A stretch of DNA of 64,000 nt from Fimbriosthenelais zetlandica (GCA_977030845.1 OZ365117.1:3720001-3784000), one strand, 5' to 3'; shown: positions 27,972-39,237, counted from the first letter of the stretch. Made by a program: numbers and translations. Notes: generated by a model from the letters alone, not told the origin.

Positions 27972-28235
27972 ATACCCCCATTGCATAATTTCTTATCTTA
28001 TCTTATCTTTAAGATCTTATCTTAAAGGTCTCGTCCCCAATTGGATTTGCATTGGCTACGAGACCTTTAATATAATGTAAGATCTTAAAGATAACATAAG
28101 ATCGTAACTTATACAATGCCCCAATACCCCCATTGCATAATTTCTTATCTTATCTTATCTTAAAGGTCTCGTCCCCATTGGATTTGCATTGGCTACGAGA
28201 CCTTTAGATCGTAACTTATGCAATGGCCCCAATAC
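27972..28235. repeat. Tandem pair (period 152 bp) of a MITE-like unit containing a nested 46-47 bp inverted repeat
   Basis: atacccccattgcataa... starts at 27972 and 28124. Nested TAAAGGTCTCGT..ACGAGACCTTTA at 28023-28069 and 28161-28206. Confidence 0.75.
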
Positions 28236-28903
28236 TTCAGTCTGTTCACTCTCAGTTGATCAGAAACCACCATACATTTGCACTGTGGTTTCGGATCAAC
28301 TGAGAGTGAACAGACTGTATCAAGTATATATATGGGCTGGCCTTGCTATCTGGGAATTAAGCCAGTCACAGGGAATATTTGAATGTTTTTATGTGTTGTG
28401 GTCGGGATACAAGATGCTGACCAGAGACTGGATGCCATCATCCCAATCAGTTTGGGACAGCCTCAACTTCAGATCTGTTCAGACCTAAAGCCTGACCACA
28501 ACCCTAATGGCAAGCCCAACCGCTTGGTGGCCAAAATTAGTATTTTTCCTCCATTTTGATCTTTCAAAGTTCTTAATATGGCTTGTAACATGTCGATCAA
28601 CATGAGTGCTGAGCAAAGCATAGTTTTTAAACAATTATTTCAGGCATTTTCAGTAGAAATTCATATATATGTTGTTGAACGATGATTAATTCATTGACAA
28701 ACTATACATTGCAGATCGTAAGTTGCCCCATAAAGCAAAGTAACAATATTCATTCCTTTGTGTTTTTTTTCATTCATAGATCTACGAAATCCAAATAATC
28801 CAAACTATTTCATAGTTTCCTTTTCGGTAGATTATTGGTGCCTTTCTTTCTATATCTGATTTTAAATTTGTTTATCTACATAGCTACATTCTGACCTGTT
28901 TAA

Positions 28904-29114
28904 AGCCGGGACTCCACTGCTGCGATTTTGTTTACGACACGTCTGCGACAAAGGTGATGCGTGTGTTTCAATGATAAATTTACCATTGGAGGACGGCCTT
29001 AAGGCCTTGGACACTTGAACCACAATTTATAAATTTTATTCTTACACAACTACACAAGCATCACCTTTGTCGCAGTAGTGTCGCAAGCAAAATCGCAGCA
29101 GTGGAGTCCCGGCT
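28904..29114. mobile_element. MITE family A, copy 3 (211 bp), in intron of the Ly6 gene
   Basis: Same TIRs and internal sequence as copies 1 and 2. Confidence 0.9.
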
Positions 29115-29416
29115 TTAGTAGTAGCTTCTGATTGATGCAATAGGAAGTAAATACCTATTACAATCACAGCCTTTCAGACTATATTAGACTAATTCTAATA
29201 TCTAATTCCAATATCTATTTTTTTACATTTGGTGAATTTGTTTCATTGTCAAAATTTAGGTTTCCGATTGACAAGTAGGAATGTATAATGTCAGTATTCT
29301 AATACAAGAAGAAGTCGCAGATTTAAGAAATGAATTTCTTGAAAATTAAAACCCAAACAAAGAAACAATACAGTGAGAATAAGATTAAGCAAGAGTGGCA
29401 TCTGGCCATCAAGATG

Positions 29417-29574
29417 CAACCCGTGAGGCTATTCCTATTGTTACATGTACTACCTTATACTTGATGTGCAGATTGCAGTATTGTAATCTTTATCAACCCG
29501 TGAGGCCATTCCTATTGTTACATGTACTACCTTATACTTGATGTGCAGATTGCAGTATTGTAATCTTTATCAAC
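29417..29574. repeat. 77-bp tandem duplication
   Basis: caacccgtgaggc(t/c)attcc...gtaatctttat at 29417 and 29494. Confidence 0.95.
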
Positions 29575-29656
29575 ATGTTCCATCACCATAATGGCTTGCT
29601 TGGCTAAGGTTTTGCTGTATCTTTTTTTAATAAGATGTTTTTGTTTTTTTTTACAG

Positions 29657-29916
29657 CTGAGCAAGGGGTGAAGATCATTAAGAAGTGCACCGTGGGACCG
29701 TGTGTGCTAGCCACCACCCAGAATCACGCCCTGGGCCTGTACTGTGACAGGTCCGGGCCCACCTGGGACTGTGAAGAGTGCTGCAACACTGACCGATGCA
29801 ACATCAGCTCTGCACCTGCCCTGCATCAATTGTCACAGACAACATGGCCGCTTCTACTGTGCGCCGCCATCTTGGCAGCCATGTTGCTTCAGCGGCGGCA
29901 TCAGTTTCTACTATAA
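29657..29916 (+). CDS. Ly6/uPAR three-finger protein, LYPD1-like, last coding exon with GPI signal
   Basis: Acceptor tttttacag| in phase 1, in frame with exon 2. PEQGVKIIKKCTVGPCVLATTQNHALGLYCDRSGPTWDCEECCNTDRCN ends in the CCxxxxCN signature, then the hydrophobic tail WPLLLCAAILAAMLL. 12 Cys in total. Confidence 0.92.
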
Positions 29917-30569
29917 TAGCCAACAGACCAAGTATGGAAGTGGCTAGAAATGTCAAAGGGGGCAGCTAATATAAGTGCAGTTCAGAGCAATATTTCTGTG
30001 TCCAAATTACTTTGAATAAGATATAAAAAAGAATTTCTTTCTTAAAAGAGGAAAAACTTTAAAATCAAGCCCCCATATTTTCTTGTAAAACCATTTTTTC
30101 CACATTTGCTCAGTGGCAAAAATCGAGGTAATTTTATTCATCATGACTTTTGTGCATACACATCTAAATGTTTTACCATTTATATTTTTCTCTCCGTGAA
30201 ATATATTTGTCACAGTTACATAAGGCTCAGAAATGAAGAATTGCATTTTTTTTGTCTTCGGTGATGGCCGATTGTACCAGAGTACTGTTTACTGAGATAA
30301 AAATGACATTCATTCATGGGTAAACTTGTGGGTAAACCTCTGAGGTATTTCAGCTTTGACTCTGGTGTCCATATTTAAGTGCATGAATCTGTGTCCTGGA
30401 CATTTATTTTATTTGTGGCAGTAAAGACTGGGAACACTCTCATCGGACTGGTATATGTGAACGTAAAGCTAGGGGATGGATTGACGCTAACCGTCATCCT
30501 TATTGTACGCTTCCTCTCATGGTTTCAGTTGACTTTTGATCCCTTGGTGTCGCTCTAACCATGAGAGTC

Positions 30570-30670
30570 ACCGGAAGTACTGAGAACGCCCATGGTCGTG
30601 ACGTCAGGAAAAGATATGAATGACGTCACCAACTCCATGATCCTGATTGGCTAATGAGCTACGTCAGATA
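30570..30670. promoter_or_regulatory. Cluster of ETS (CCGGAAGT), two CRE (TGACGTCA) and CCAAT motifs
   Basis: Motifs read directly. Could be a promoter or a transposon internal region. Confidence 0.35.
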
Positions 30671-32581
30671 GATCTCTGGGGCTCCAGGAATGGATTTCTT
30701 TTAAGGCGGAGGTCTCATCTGAGCTAGACAAACTATCAATGAGGGTGTTCTCATTCTGAAAATATTTATTTCATCAAGAAAAGCACGGTCATGGTCCGCA
30801 TGCGCTATAGTCAACGAAAAGTAACAAATATATTCATACCGAGTGTAACGATCTTAGAGTCCCATATCTTTATTGTAATGTAGGTTTTTGTTGTCTAGAT
30901 AAGAAAATCTTCATATGCTTCACATTACAACGATTTATTTCAGATTAAAATGGGGCAGAAAATTAATATTCTGCTTAACGTGTACATTCTACAGGGTTTT
31001 ACATTGTCTTTATACTGTGACAAACATTACTAATACGTTACTAAACCATTGTTTGAAGAGCAAGTATCGTACGTGGTGTAGACGTCTATGTGATACGGAC
31101 GTGGGTATTACGTAATAGATGTTAATAGTCCATGTTGTTACGAATATTTAATATTTAATATATGCACTGAGTGAGCTAGTTGTTTTCACACTGATGTAGT
31201 GCAGACCATATATGATATAGAGGCCTTGTGACATGTAAAATATGTGACTTGTTGAATGGTTCACTGAGGGTTGGTGGGGACAGCAGTTAACATCACGGGT
31301 TTCGGTGTAAAGATCGCATATCATTCCGAGAAGCCGTGACAATGCTAGGTGAAGTCACCCAGTCTCCACTTTACCTAAGATGGGGTTAGTTCTTGACATA
31401 CGCAACGGTTGTACTGCTCCGTAAGGACTAACAACAAGCCGTGTTCTCCTAAGAGGTACCATTAGAAACAACCCCAGAGAAACAAGAGAAGAAAAAATAT
31501 TTAAAAAAATCACACAATGAAAAAAATTGTGGAGATTTCAATGATTATTCCACCACAAACCCTGCATTTATTGTTTGTATTGGTCGGCATTTTGCACTCT
31601 TTTACCTTGATATGGCACGTCAGATTTCATCTAATCATTGTCAATGGCTTGGATGTAATATAATATTATTCAGAGTTTCCTCAGTGTCTAGCATATGGCC
31701 CTATGTACCTGTACATGTACTCGCATTGGTTAGGGCATATATTTATTATACTAAGATGTTAGTTGACCATGAGCAAAAAAAAAGTTAAAAATCAAAGAAA
31801 AAATATTATCATTATGTGCTCGAGTTGGTTTATCAGCGTCAATTGTGACAGACAACATGGCCGCTCCCACTGAGCGCCGCCATCTTGATTGTTACGGTTT
31901 GATTACTATTTTATGCTCTCCATAGTAAATGTGGTGATGGTGAGAGAAGGTGTATAGAGATAACGCTGAGGTGTTTAAATTAACACAAGAAGCTGCTTAA
32001 TTCAACCTGCTTCTTAACAGTTGCTTTAGTCTTGATGTTAACAGTGTTAATGGATTAACTCCCTACATGTTGTATATTCATCCTTGCTAGGAGTTGTCTG
32101 TGATCCTTTGGTGACAAAATAAAGACCGCTGGTTGAACTTTAAATTATTTTTCCAAATGTGGACCGCCAAATGTTCAGGGAGGTCCGTGGAATTGGAAAA
32201 AGATGTTTCCATTCAGAATAAAGACCACTGGTTGCCTAAAATATGTATGTTTTGGAATCTTTCCCTGATTATTGAAACAGATAAAAAAATGACTTAATGC
32301 CTTTAAATATGATTGAATTTATTTTAGTAGGGGAGCAGATATGAAAAAATGTAAAATTTCATGACTCCCCTTACGCAAAAAAAGTCTCGCCACTTTTCAG
32401 TAGTAGGGGACCAAATTCTATTTGGTAAAGTGAAATTTCTTCGGCCTTCCCCAAATTTTAAATCATTAAATCGTCCATAACTTTTTTCAAAATCCGGTCC
32501 ACCGAGATTACCAACAAAAACAACTTAAAACAATTTAAATATATTTTTATTTTTTAATCAGTTTAGATTTCTGCTTCATTT

Positions 32582-32649
32582 TCACTTTCGTCCCTGGCCA
32601 TTCTCCGTCGGCACCTTCCAGGTGAGGCGGTGATGCCCCGCTCTCTCAG
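32582..32649 (-). pseudogene. Terminal exon paralogous to array exon 36600-36625 (SERAGHHRLTWKVPTENGQGRK*)
   Basis: Acceptor ttcctttccatcag|CTGAGA shared with 36625. The 3' flank 32400-32560 is homologous to 35960-36120. The phase-1 frame ends TEN..RK* in both. Confidence 0.5.
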
Positions 32650-32763
32650 CTGATGGAAAGGAAACAAGGAATAAGTAAAGAACATCCATCACCCCAACAT
32701 ATCCTAGTACCGGGTGCTAAAAACATGGCTTTTATGGTCACGCCAGAGCATAATTTGGCTCAC

Positions 32764-33040
32764 CGTCTGGTGCTGCCAGCTGTTATCTCTTAATGGAAAC
32801 TAACGGCAGAAGAGGTATGTTAATGTTTAAAATTCCAGGTGGCATCACAATATCAGGCAGCTGTCATCGATCTAAAGACAATAATAAATCATCTCTACTC
32901 ATAACCACAGTGGAATCAGAAGGAATAAATGGATAAACTCACCTGTCAGTCTTTTTTCTGATTAATAAATCCAGTAAAAGCGAGCATTTTAGGTCCAACT
33001 GATCAAGCGATCCCAGCTTTAGCGTGGTTGTGTTGTTAGG
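32764..33040 (-). ncRNA. Predicted spliced non-coding exons (about 33040-32943 and 32871-32764) feeding the 32649 terminal exon
   Basis: Donors cag|GTGAGT (32942) and acg|GTGAGC (32763), acceptor ttgtctttag| (32872). The middle exon has stops in all frames. Confidence 0.4.
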
Positions 33041-33059
33041 GATTGTCTCCTTGTTTGTA

Positions 33060-33273
33060 AACCGCCCGCTGATTGGTCCTCTAGGAGGGGAGATGTAAAA
33101 CCAGCTCTGATTGGTGGCGTTAGTTCAGGTATGTACCGTTATGTTGACAAGCGCCGAAGCGTCCACCATTTTGTTTCCCGCGTGGATCTCTGCCTTTCGA
33201 CCGCTGGCCTTCAATGGAGCAACATCAATCAGGCCTGTCAACTTCTTGGTAGGCCTGAGTACCGTGGGTAAGT
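33060..33273. promoter_or_regulatory. Candidate bidirectional promoter with a plus-strand first-exon donor
   Basis: GC box at 33062, two CTGATTGG boxes (33069, 33107), YY1-like CCATTTTG, locally CpG-rich, and donor TGG|GTAAGT at 33268. Confidence 0.5.
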
Positions 33274-33653
33274 AGGCTATGTCTTAGCTGTGAGGATTTT
33301 TCTGAATTGTTTCAACAATTCTGTTTGTGCCTTCTATTGTATTGGGAGAAGCCTTCTTCATTCATTCGGATGTGATTCTGTGAATTTGGGCTTTCCACCT
33401 GACCACGTGAGGGATTGCCACCTATGCTCACTATCATTATGCTGGGCTCAAGGTCAACTGGACTCTGAGGAAGACACACCTGATTTTGAGGTGTTGGGAT
33501 TTGTATATATTTTGGGTTGTGACTTTCATGTCACTTGTATAGGATCTCGACTGGAGATTTCTAGGCCCTTTTTGGATTCATTTTGGTGTTTGGATTGTGA
33601 TATATATTCGTGTGTGGAATCCTGCTTGTGAAGCATGTTTGGCCTCTGTGCCT

Positions 33654-33960
33654 TGTGATCTATTTCAGATAACTTTCATGGCATTTTCTGCTTTATATTG
33701 ATTGTATGTGATCTATTTCAGATAACTTTCATGGCATTTAATGCCTTTATATTGATGTATATGATCTATTTCAGATAACTTTCATGGCATTTAATGCCTT
33801 TATATTGATATATGTGATCTATTTCAGATAACTTTCATGGCATTTAATGCCTTTATATTGATTGTTTGTGATCTATTTCAGATAACTTTCATGGCATTTA
33901 ATGCCTTTATATTGATTGTATGTGATCTATGTCAGGTAACTTTCATGGCATTTTATGCCT
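33654..33960. repeat. About 53-bp minisatellite, about 6 copies
   Basis: Unit tgtgatctatttcagataactttcatggcatttaatgcctttatattgattgta. Confidence 0.95.
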
Positions 33961-34766
33961 GTATGTGATTGTGGCATAAAGACGTGTGTATGAGGGAGTA
34001 GATTGTGGATCTATCATGTTTGGACTATTTGAGATATTTCGTATATTATATGGATGTATACGGTGTGTGTCATATTGCCTCTGTGTAGGTGTAGATGTTA
34101 TAACAATATTGCCGGTCCTTTTGAAAGCTCATGTGTTGTGAAACCTTGCAACTGTTGAGAGGTCTATCGATATGTCCTGTCCATTCTTGGGCCTGCTAGG
34201 TCTAATTCATATAGGCCTAGGCCTAATCTGATGACGGGCAGTGGACTCAATGTCATACTTTCTTGTATAGGCCTAGTAGGCCTATATGCTTTGCATTAGG
34301 CTAGGCTATATTCATCTGCCTTGTCTCTTCTCTACTGGTTTCCACTGTTCAGCCCCTCCCCTTGCGTTTTTGGATCAGTGGTCTGTGCCATTCTCATTCA
34401 TCATCTGTAGGCCTATCTGTAGCCTAGGCCTGCTTCTGGTATTCAAATAACATCAGCCTATTGATTTTGAGTTTAAAATGTTTTATTTGAACAGTTCGGC
34501 TGGTGGCTGGTCTTGCACATGTAGCCTACAATTCAGGCTGTTTGTTTTAGAATTATTACAAAAATACAATGCATTTCAATACAAACAAAACAATAATTAG
34601 ACTATATTTGTAGGTCTACATTGGAGTGGGTTTGCTGGCTCGTCCCCTCAGCCTATGGGTTCTAACCACTGCTTGCAATTCAAAAAGACCATTAGCCTAT
34701 AGGCCTAGGCCTTATCCAAGGTCTCATGTCTCTTCCTGGTTTCCATTGTTCAGCTCCACCCCCCTT

Positions 34767-35362
34767 GGGAGTATAGTCTTCCCAAAGTAAGTTGAGCCAT
34801 ACCACCATAGGAAATGTACTGTTTCTATGGTGGTTTCGGCTCAACTTAGTTTGGACACACTGTAGCATACAGTCTAATGGAGCGATGGCCATGGTGCTGC
34901 AAAGCTAAGGAACAACATGTTCCTTCTTAGCGTCAATCCTCTTCCAAGTACAGAAGAGCTGTACTTCACTACAGCACTCTCCATAATGTTCTTCTATATA
35001 ATACATATAGGCCTACCTGTTGTCGTTTTGTCCCCGACGGTTAAATTCATTCTCCACCGCCTCTTTGGATTTTGTGGTCCATTGTTTTTTTTTTGTATTT
35101 TCTTTTTATCTTATTTTGGCGATGCATTGTTTCTATAGTACATATCGGGCTCGGATTGTCCACTTGGGGAGTATAGTCTTCCCAAAGTAAGTTGAGCCAT
35201 ACCACCATAGGAAATGTACTGTTTCTATGGTGGTTTCGGCTCAACTTAGTTTGGACACACTGTAGCATACAGTCTAATGGAGCGATGCCCATGGTGCTGC
35301 AAAGCTAAGGAACAACATTTTCCTTCTTAGCGTCGGGTCAATCCTCTTCCAAGTACAGAAGA
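34767..35362. repeat. About 195-bp direct duplication 400 bp apart, each copy containing a long hairpin
   Basis: gggagtatagtcttcccaaagtaagttgagcc... at 34767 and 35167. Confidence 0.95.
35017..35292 (-). pseudogene. Chimeric ORF: duplicated hairpin-containing segment fused in frame to an M-type variable exon, frameshifted at the A tract
   Basis: MGIAPLDC...YTPQVD-NPSPICTIETMHRQNKIKRKYKKK. A tract is 10 rather than 11 nt. Donor CAACAG|gtaggc at 35016. Confidence 0.5.
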
Positions 35363-36162
35363 GGTGTTGTCGCTTCCTTGGCGTTTTTTAATGATATTTT
35401 CGACTTTTAGGGCTGACCACTGCTTGATGATTCGAGTGTTAATATAATTACCAAGTTGCCTATAAATGTTGTAATCCAAAATACCTTAGATTAGATTAAC
35501 CTGTAATTCACAGTTGGACATATAGATATACATGACTGATGTCTGCAGTGTCCAAATAGATTTCCCTGACAATTGCAGAGGGTTCACTGACACTGTGACA
35601 CAGCTAACATTAACTCTATTAAAAAGCAAATGTGGTTTTAGTAACTTGTCCAGGATACAATAATAACTATTGAGGAATTGCCCAGGCAGGATTTAATGCC
35701 ATGTCATTCTATTCCTTCATTTTATTCTCTTCCACATGGTTTCTACATAATGATGTCAACAATGATGTCCTCATCATCCAGGGTGGCTGTTGCCACTTCC
35801 TCCCTCTGAAGATCTACCCCTCTATGCGCGTCCGTTAGCTTTAGCCGCCATGATTATATTGATTATATTGTTAAACACTTGTTAAACGAGTTCATTATAA
35901 GAAGTTTGGTCTAGGCTTCTGATGAAGATTCCAGTTCCTACCCCACATTTTAAATTCTAAAATCATTAATTCTTCGCAAAATGAATTTTCTTCGGCCTTC
36001 CCCAGATTGTAAATTATAAAATCTTCCATAACTTTGTCAAAATACGGTCCATCGAGAGTAACCAAGAAAACAACATTTCATATTTTAAATATCCGGTATT
36101 TTATTAATTTTTAATCAAATATCTCAATGACGTCGACCGGCCCCACCTGGTGGAAGAAAACC

Positions 36163-36612
36163 CCTATTGTCGGGGTGTCTCGCCCTATTGTCGGGGTGTC
36201 TCGCCCTATTGTCGGGGGCACTCGCCCTATTGTCGGGGTGTCTCGCCCTATTGTCGGGGTCTCTCGCCTTATTGTCGGGGCACTCGCCCTATTGTCGGGG
36301 TGTCTCGCCCTATTTTCGGGGTCTCTCGCCTTATTGTCGGGGCACTCGCCCTATTGTCGGGGTGTCTCGCCCTATTTTCGGGGGCTCTCGCCTTATTTTC
36401 GGGGCACTCGCCCTATTGTCGGGGTCTCTCGCCTTATTGTCGGGGCACTCGCCCTATTGTCGGGGGCACTCGCCTTATTGTCGGGGCACTCGCCCTATTG
36501 TCGGGGTGTCTCGCCCTATTGTCGGGGGTGTCTCGCCCTATTGTCGGGGTCTCTAGCCTTATTGTCGGGGCACTCGCCCTATTGTCGGGGTGTCTCGCCC
36601 TATTTTCGGGGG
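36163..36612. repeat. 19-20 bp GC-rich minisatellite, over 20 copies
   Basis: Unit cgccctattgtcgggg(tgtct/cact/tctct). Accounts for the stop-free ORFs in all three plus frames. Confidence 0.97.
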
Positions 36613-36625
36613 TTCTCGGTCTCAG
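36600..36625 (-). CDS. Array gene: predicted terminal constant exon E4 (S-ETENPRK*)
   Basis: Acceptor tttcttttcttccatcag| in phase 1. TAG at 36602-36600. Confidence 0.5.
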
Positions 36626-36693
36626 CTGATGGAAGAAAAGAAATATCCTAGTAAACATCGTAGTGAACATTACTTAAACCACTCTTAACTCAC

Positions 36694-36762
36694 ATAATAA
36701 AGGCCCGGGATAACGGCTGTAGCCTATAACGGCAGTACCGGCATATGGCGCGCTTATTTTTG
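36694..36762 (-). CDS. Array gene: predicted constant exon E3 (A-KISAPYAGTAVIGYSRYPGPLL)
   Basis: Acceptor gcttgcttttcataag|, donor |GTGAGT, 69 nt, phase 1 to 1, open frame. Confidence 0.5.
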
Positions 36763-36817
36763 CTTATGAAAAGCAAGCGGCATATGAATTCCTCAGTATA
36801 TATATATATAGGCCTAC

Positions 36818-36981
36818 CTCGAGTTGTCTTCTCCCCTTGTGGCTCTGTCCGAGTTGTGTACTCGACCCTTAAATTCACTTGCCAACGGGCAATTGTCGGC
36901 ATTTGTGTGTTTTCCTGCGATGTAAAATCGATCTGAATTTTTTTTTGTCTCTGCATTGTGTTGATGAGACAACCCGGATTC
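36818..36981 (-). CDS. Array gene: N-type variable exon N1, uncharacterised domain
   Basis: ttttcag| ... |gtaggc, 164 nt, phase 2 to 1. NPGCLINTMQRQKKIQIDFTSQENTQMPTIARWQVNLRVEYTTRTEPQGEKTTR. Confidence 0.7.
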
Positions 36982-37190
36982 CTGAAAAAAAAGTACTTCC
37001 ACATTAATATACATATAATATATATAATATATATAAAATTCTGATGTTGCGTGTGTATAGTCCCTTGTAGACAAGTTGCCCTCGAGATAGCTTTTCTGTC
37101 TTAGGATTTGTGGCACAAACAGCTAACTCCACCATGAAATTTAAAATTTGTCATACATAATGTTCTTCTATATAATACATATAGGCCTAC

Positions 37191-37327
37191 CTGTTGTTTT
37201 TTTGTCCCCGACGGTCAAATACATCGACCACCGCCTCTTTGGATTTTGTGGTCCATGGTTTTTTTTTTTGTATTTTCTTTTTATCTTATTTTGCCGATGC
37301 ATGGTTTCGATAGTACATATCGGGCTC
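37191..37327 (-). CDS. Array gene: M-type variable exon, intact
   Basis: ttttttcag| ... |gtaggc, 137 nt, phase 2 to 1. SPICTIETMHRQNKIKRKYKKKNHGPQNPKRRWSMYLTVGDKKTT. Confidence 0.6.
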
Positions 37328-37425
37328 CTGAAAAAATTAATTGCAAAAACAATCAGGAATCGATATGATCTTGAATTCATTAAAACTTTACCGTGCGAAA
37401 AATAAAGTCAAATATATATACTTAC

Positions 37426-37439
37426 GGGTTTCCTGCCAT
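37426..37439 (-). CDS. Array gene: ATG exon (MAGNP)
   Basis: AAAATGGCAGGAAACCC|GTAAGT, phase 2. Confidence 0.55.
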
Positions 37440-37699
37440 TTTAGTCTTTAGTGTAGAGGGGCTGTGTTCTGACCTAGGCTACTATACAAATGAGGCGTCT
37501 TTTCATAGTGTGTTTACACGTTGAAACCATGGACAAGCTCGTCTCATAATAATAACTTGTTACTCTTCCTCAAACTACGTGTTCGATTGCAAAACCAGTT
37601 ATAATTAGCAGTTCTCTTTGTACTAAAGTTTTGAAATCATCAAATTACGGAAGGCTTGCTTTGATAGTGATTGTTTGGAATCTAAGCCCCTTTGTCATC

Positions 37700-37730
37700 A
37701 GATTGGTTCCAGATTAAAACAAGGGCGGAT
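37700..37730 (-). promoter_or_regulatory. GC box plus CCAAT box repeated upstream of each ATG exon
   Basis: ATTGG/GGGCGG on the plus strand at 37702/37723 and 39514/39535; variants at 40803 and 41408/41455. Confidence 0.4.
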
Positions 37731-37795
37731 TTAGTAGAAGGAAATTTAAAATTTGTCATACATAATGTTCTTCTATATAATACATATAGGCCTAC

Positions 37796-37931
37796 CTGTT
37801 GTCGTTTTGTCCCCGACTCTTAAAGTTGTCGTCCACCTCCTCTTGGGATTTTGTGGTCCATTTTTTTTTTTTATTATTTTCTTTTTATCTTCTTTTGGCG
37901 ATGCATCGTTTCTATAGTACATATCGGGCTC
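37796..37931 (-). pseudogene. M-type exon, disabled
   Basis: 136 nt, in-frame TAA TAA plus a frameshift in the A tract; splice sites retained. Confidence 0.6.
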
Positions 37932-38202
37932 CTGAATATACAATTATATTTAAATGACTGATGCCTGCAGTGTCCAAATAGATTTCCACCTCCTCTTGGG
38001 ATGTTGTGGTCCATTGTTTTTTTTTTATTTTCTTTTTATCTTCTTTTGGCGGTACAGCGTTTCAATCGTGCATATCAGGCTCGGATTGATGACCCAGTGC
38101 CTGTACAAATTGGAAGTTGAAAGATTTTCAATAAGACATAATGGACGAGGCATTCTGCAATGGAACATTTTGCAGTGTTTTGGGTTCATTTTGTTGACAA
38201 TT

Positions 38203-38433
38203 ACTAAATGTGGTCAAGCAAGATGCCTTGCATGTATATCATAGAAGACCAATCAATTAATTTCCATGAAGCTAATTACAACTTCAAAGTACAATCAGCA
38301 CTTAACTGTAACTCAAGCAATGTACTATATGTCCTAATTTGCCAAGGTTTTAAAAAATATTACATTGGTAAGACTAAAACTGCTTTGAGATTTAGACTAA
38401 ACAACCACAGATCTCACGTAAACAACCCAAAAA
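38203..38433 (+). mobile_element. Penelope-like element GIY-YIG endonuclease fragment (frameshifted copy)
   Basis: ALNCNSSNVLYVLICQGFKKYYIGKTKTALRFRLNNHRSH carries the VLY..YIG and RxRxxxH motifs. 1-bp deletion relative to 39865-40095. Confidence 0.85.
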
Positions 38434-38631
38434 TGCTATTCTTTGTAGTCGCCATTTTGTGATATATATGTATACGGTACATTATATACAGAAATATTAA
38501 GTACAATTCTGAGTGAAGTGAGATATATCAAAAAATGAAAGGCAAAAATGTACTTTTCATTATTCAATGTGGAAGTAATTTCTTGCTTTTAAGCTTTGTC
38601 ATCACACCAGTATATATATATATAGGCCTAC

Positions 38632-38795
38632 CCCGAGTTGTCTTTTCGCCATGTGGCTCTGTCCTAGTCCTGTAATGGACAGTCAAATTTACTTGCCAAC
38701 GGGCAATTGTCGGCATTTGTGTGTTTTCCTGCGATGTAAAATCGATCTGAATTTTTTTTTGTCTCTGCATTCTGTTGATGAGACAACCCGGATTC
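38632..38795 (-). CDS. Array gene: N-type variable exon N2
   Basis: 164 nt, phase 2 to 1, open. NPGCLINRMQRQKKIQIDF...NLTVHYRTRTEPHGEKTTR. Confidence 0.65.
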
Positions 38796-39004
38796 CTGAA
38801 AAAAAAGTACTTCCACATTAATATACATATAATATATATAATATATATAAAATTCTGATGTTGCGTGTGTATAGTCCCTTGTAGACAAGTTGCCCTCGAG
38901 ATAGCTTTTCTGTCTTAGGATTTGTGGCACAAACAGCTAACTCCACCATGAAATTTAAAATTTGTCATACATAATGTTCTTCTATATAATACATATAGGC
39001 CTAC

Positions 39005-39139
39005 CTGTTGTTTTTTTGTCCCCGACGGTCAAATACATCGACCACCGCCTCTTTGGATTTTGTGATCCATGGTTTTTTTTTGTATTTTCTTTTTATCTTA
39101 TTTTGCCGATGCATGGTTTCGATAGTACATATCGGGCTC
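39005..39139 (-). pseudogene. M-type exon, frameshifted (A tract 9 instead of 11)
   Basis: 135 nt. ATG exon at 39238-39251 intact. Could be a homopolymer sequencing error. Confidence 0.5.
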
Positions 39140-39237
39140 CTGAAAAAATTAATTGCAAAAACAATCAGGAATCGATATGATCTTGAATTCATTAAAACTT
39201 TACCGTGCGAAAAATAAAGTCAAATATATATACTTAC

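Noticed and set aside
30948-30996. Signal-peptide-like exon MGQKINILLNVYILQG of a second Ly6 gene
   Set aside because: Weak donor (GTTTTA) and no downstream LU-domain exons found.
36127-36651. Three long plus-strand ORFs (174, 159 and 129 aa)
   Set aside because: Artefacts of a stop-free 19-20 bp minisatellite; the translations are low-complexity repeats.
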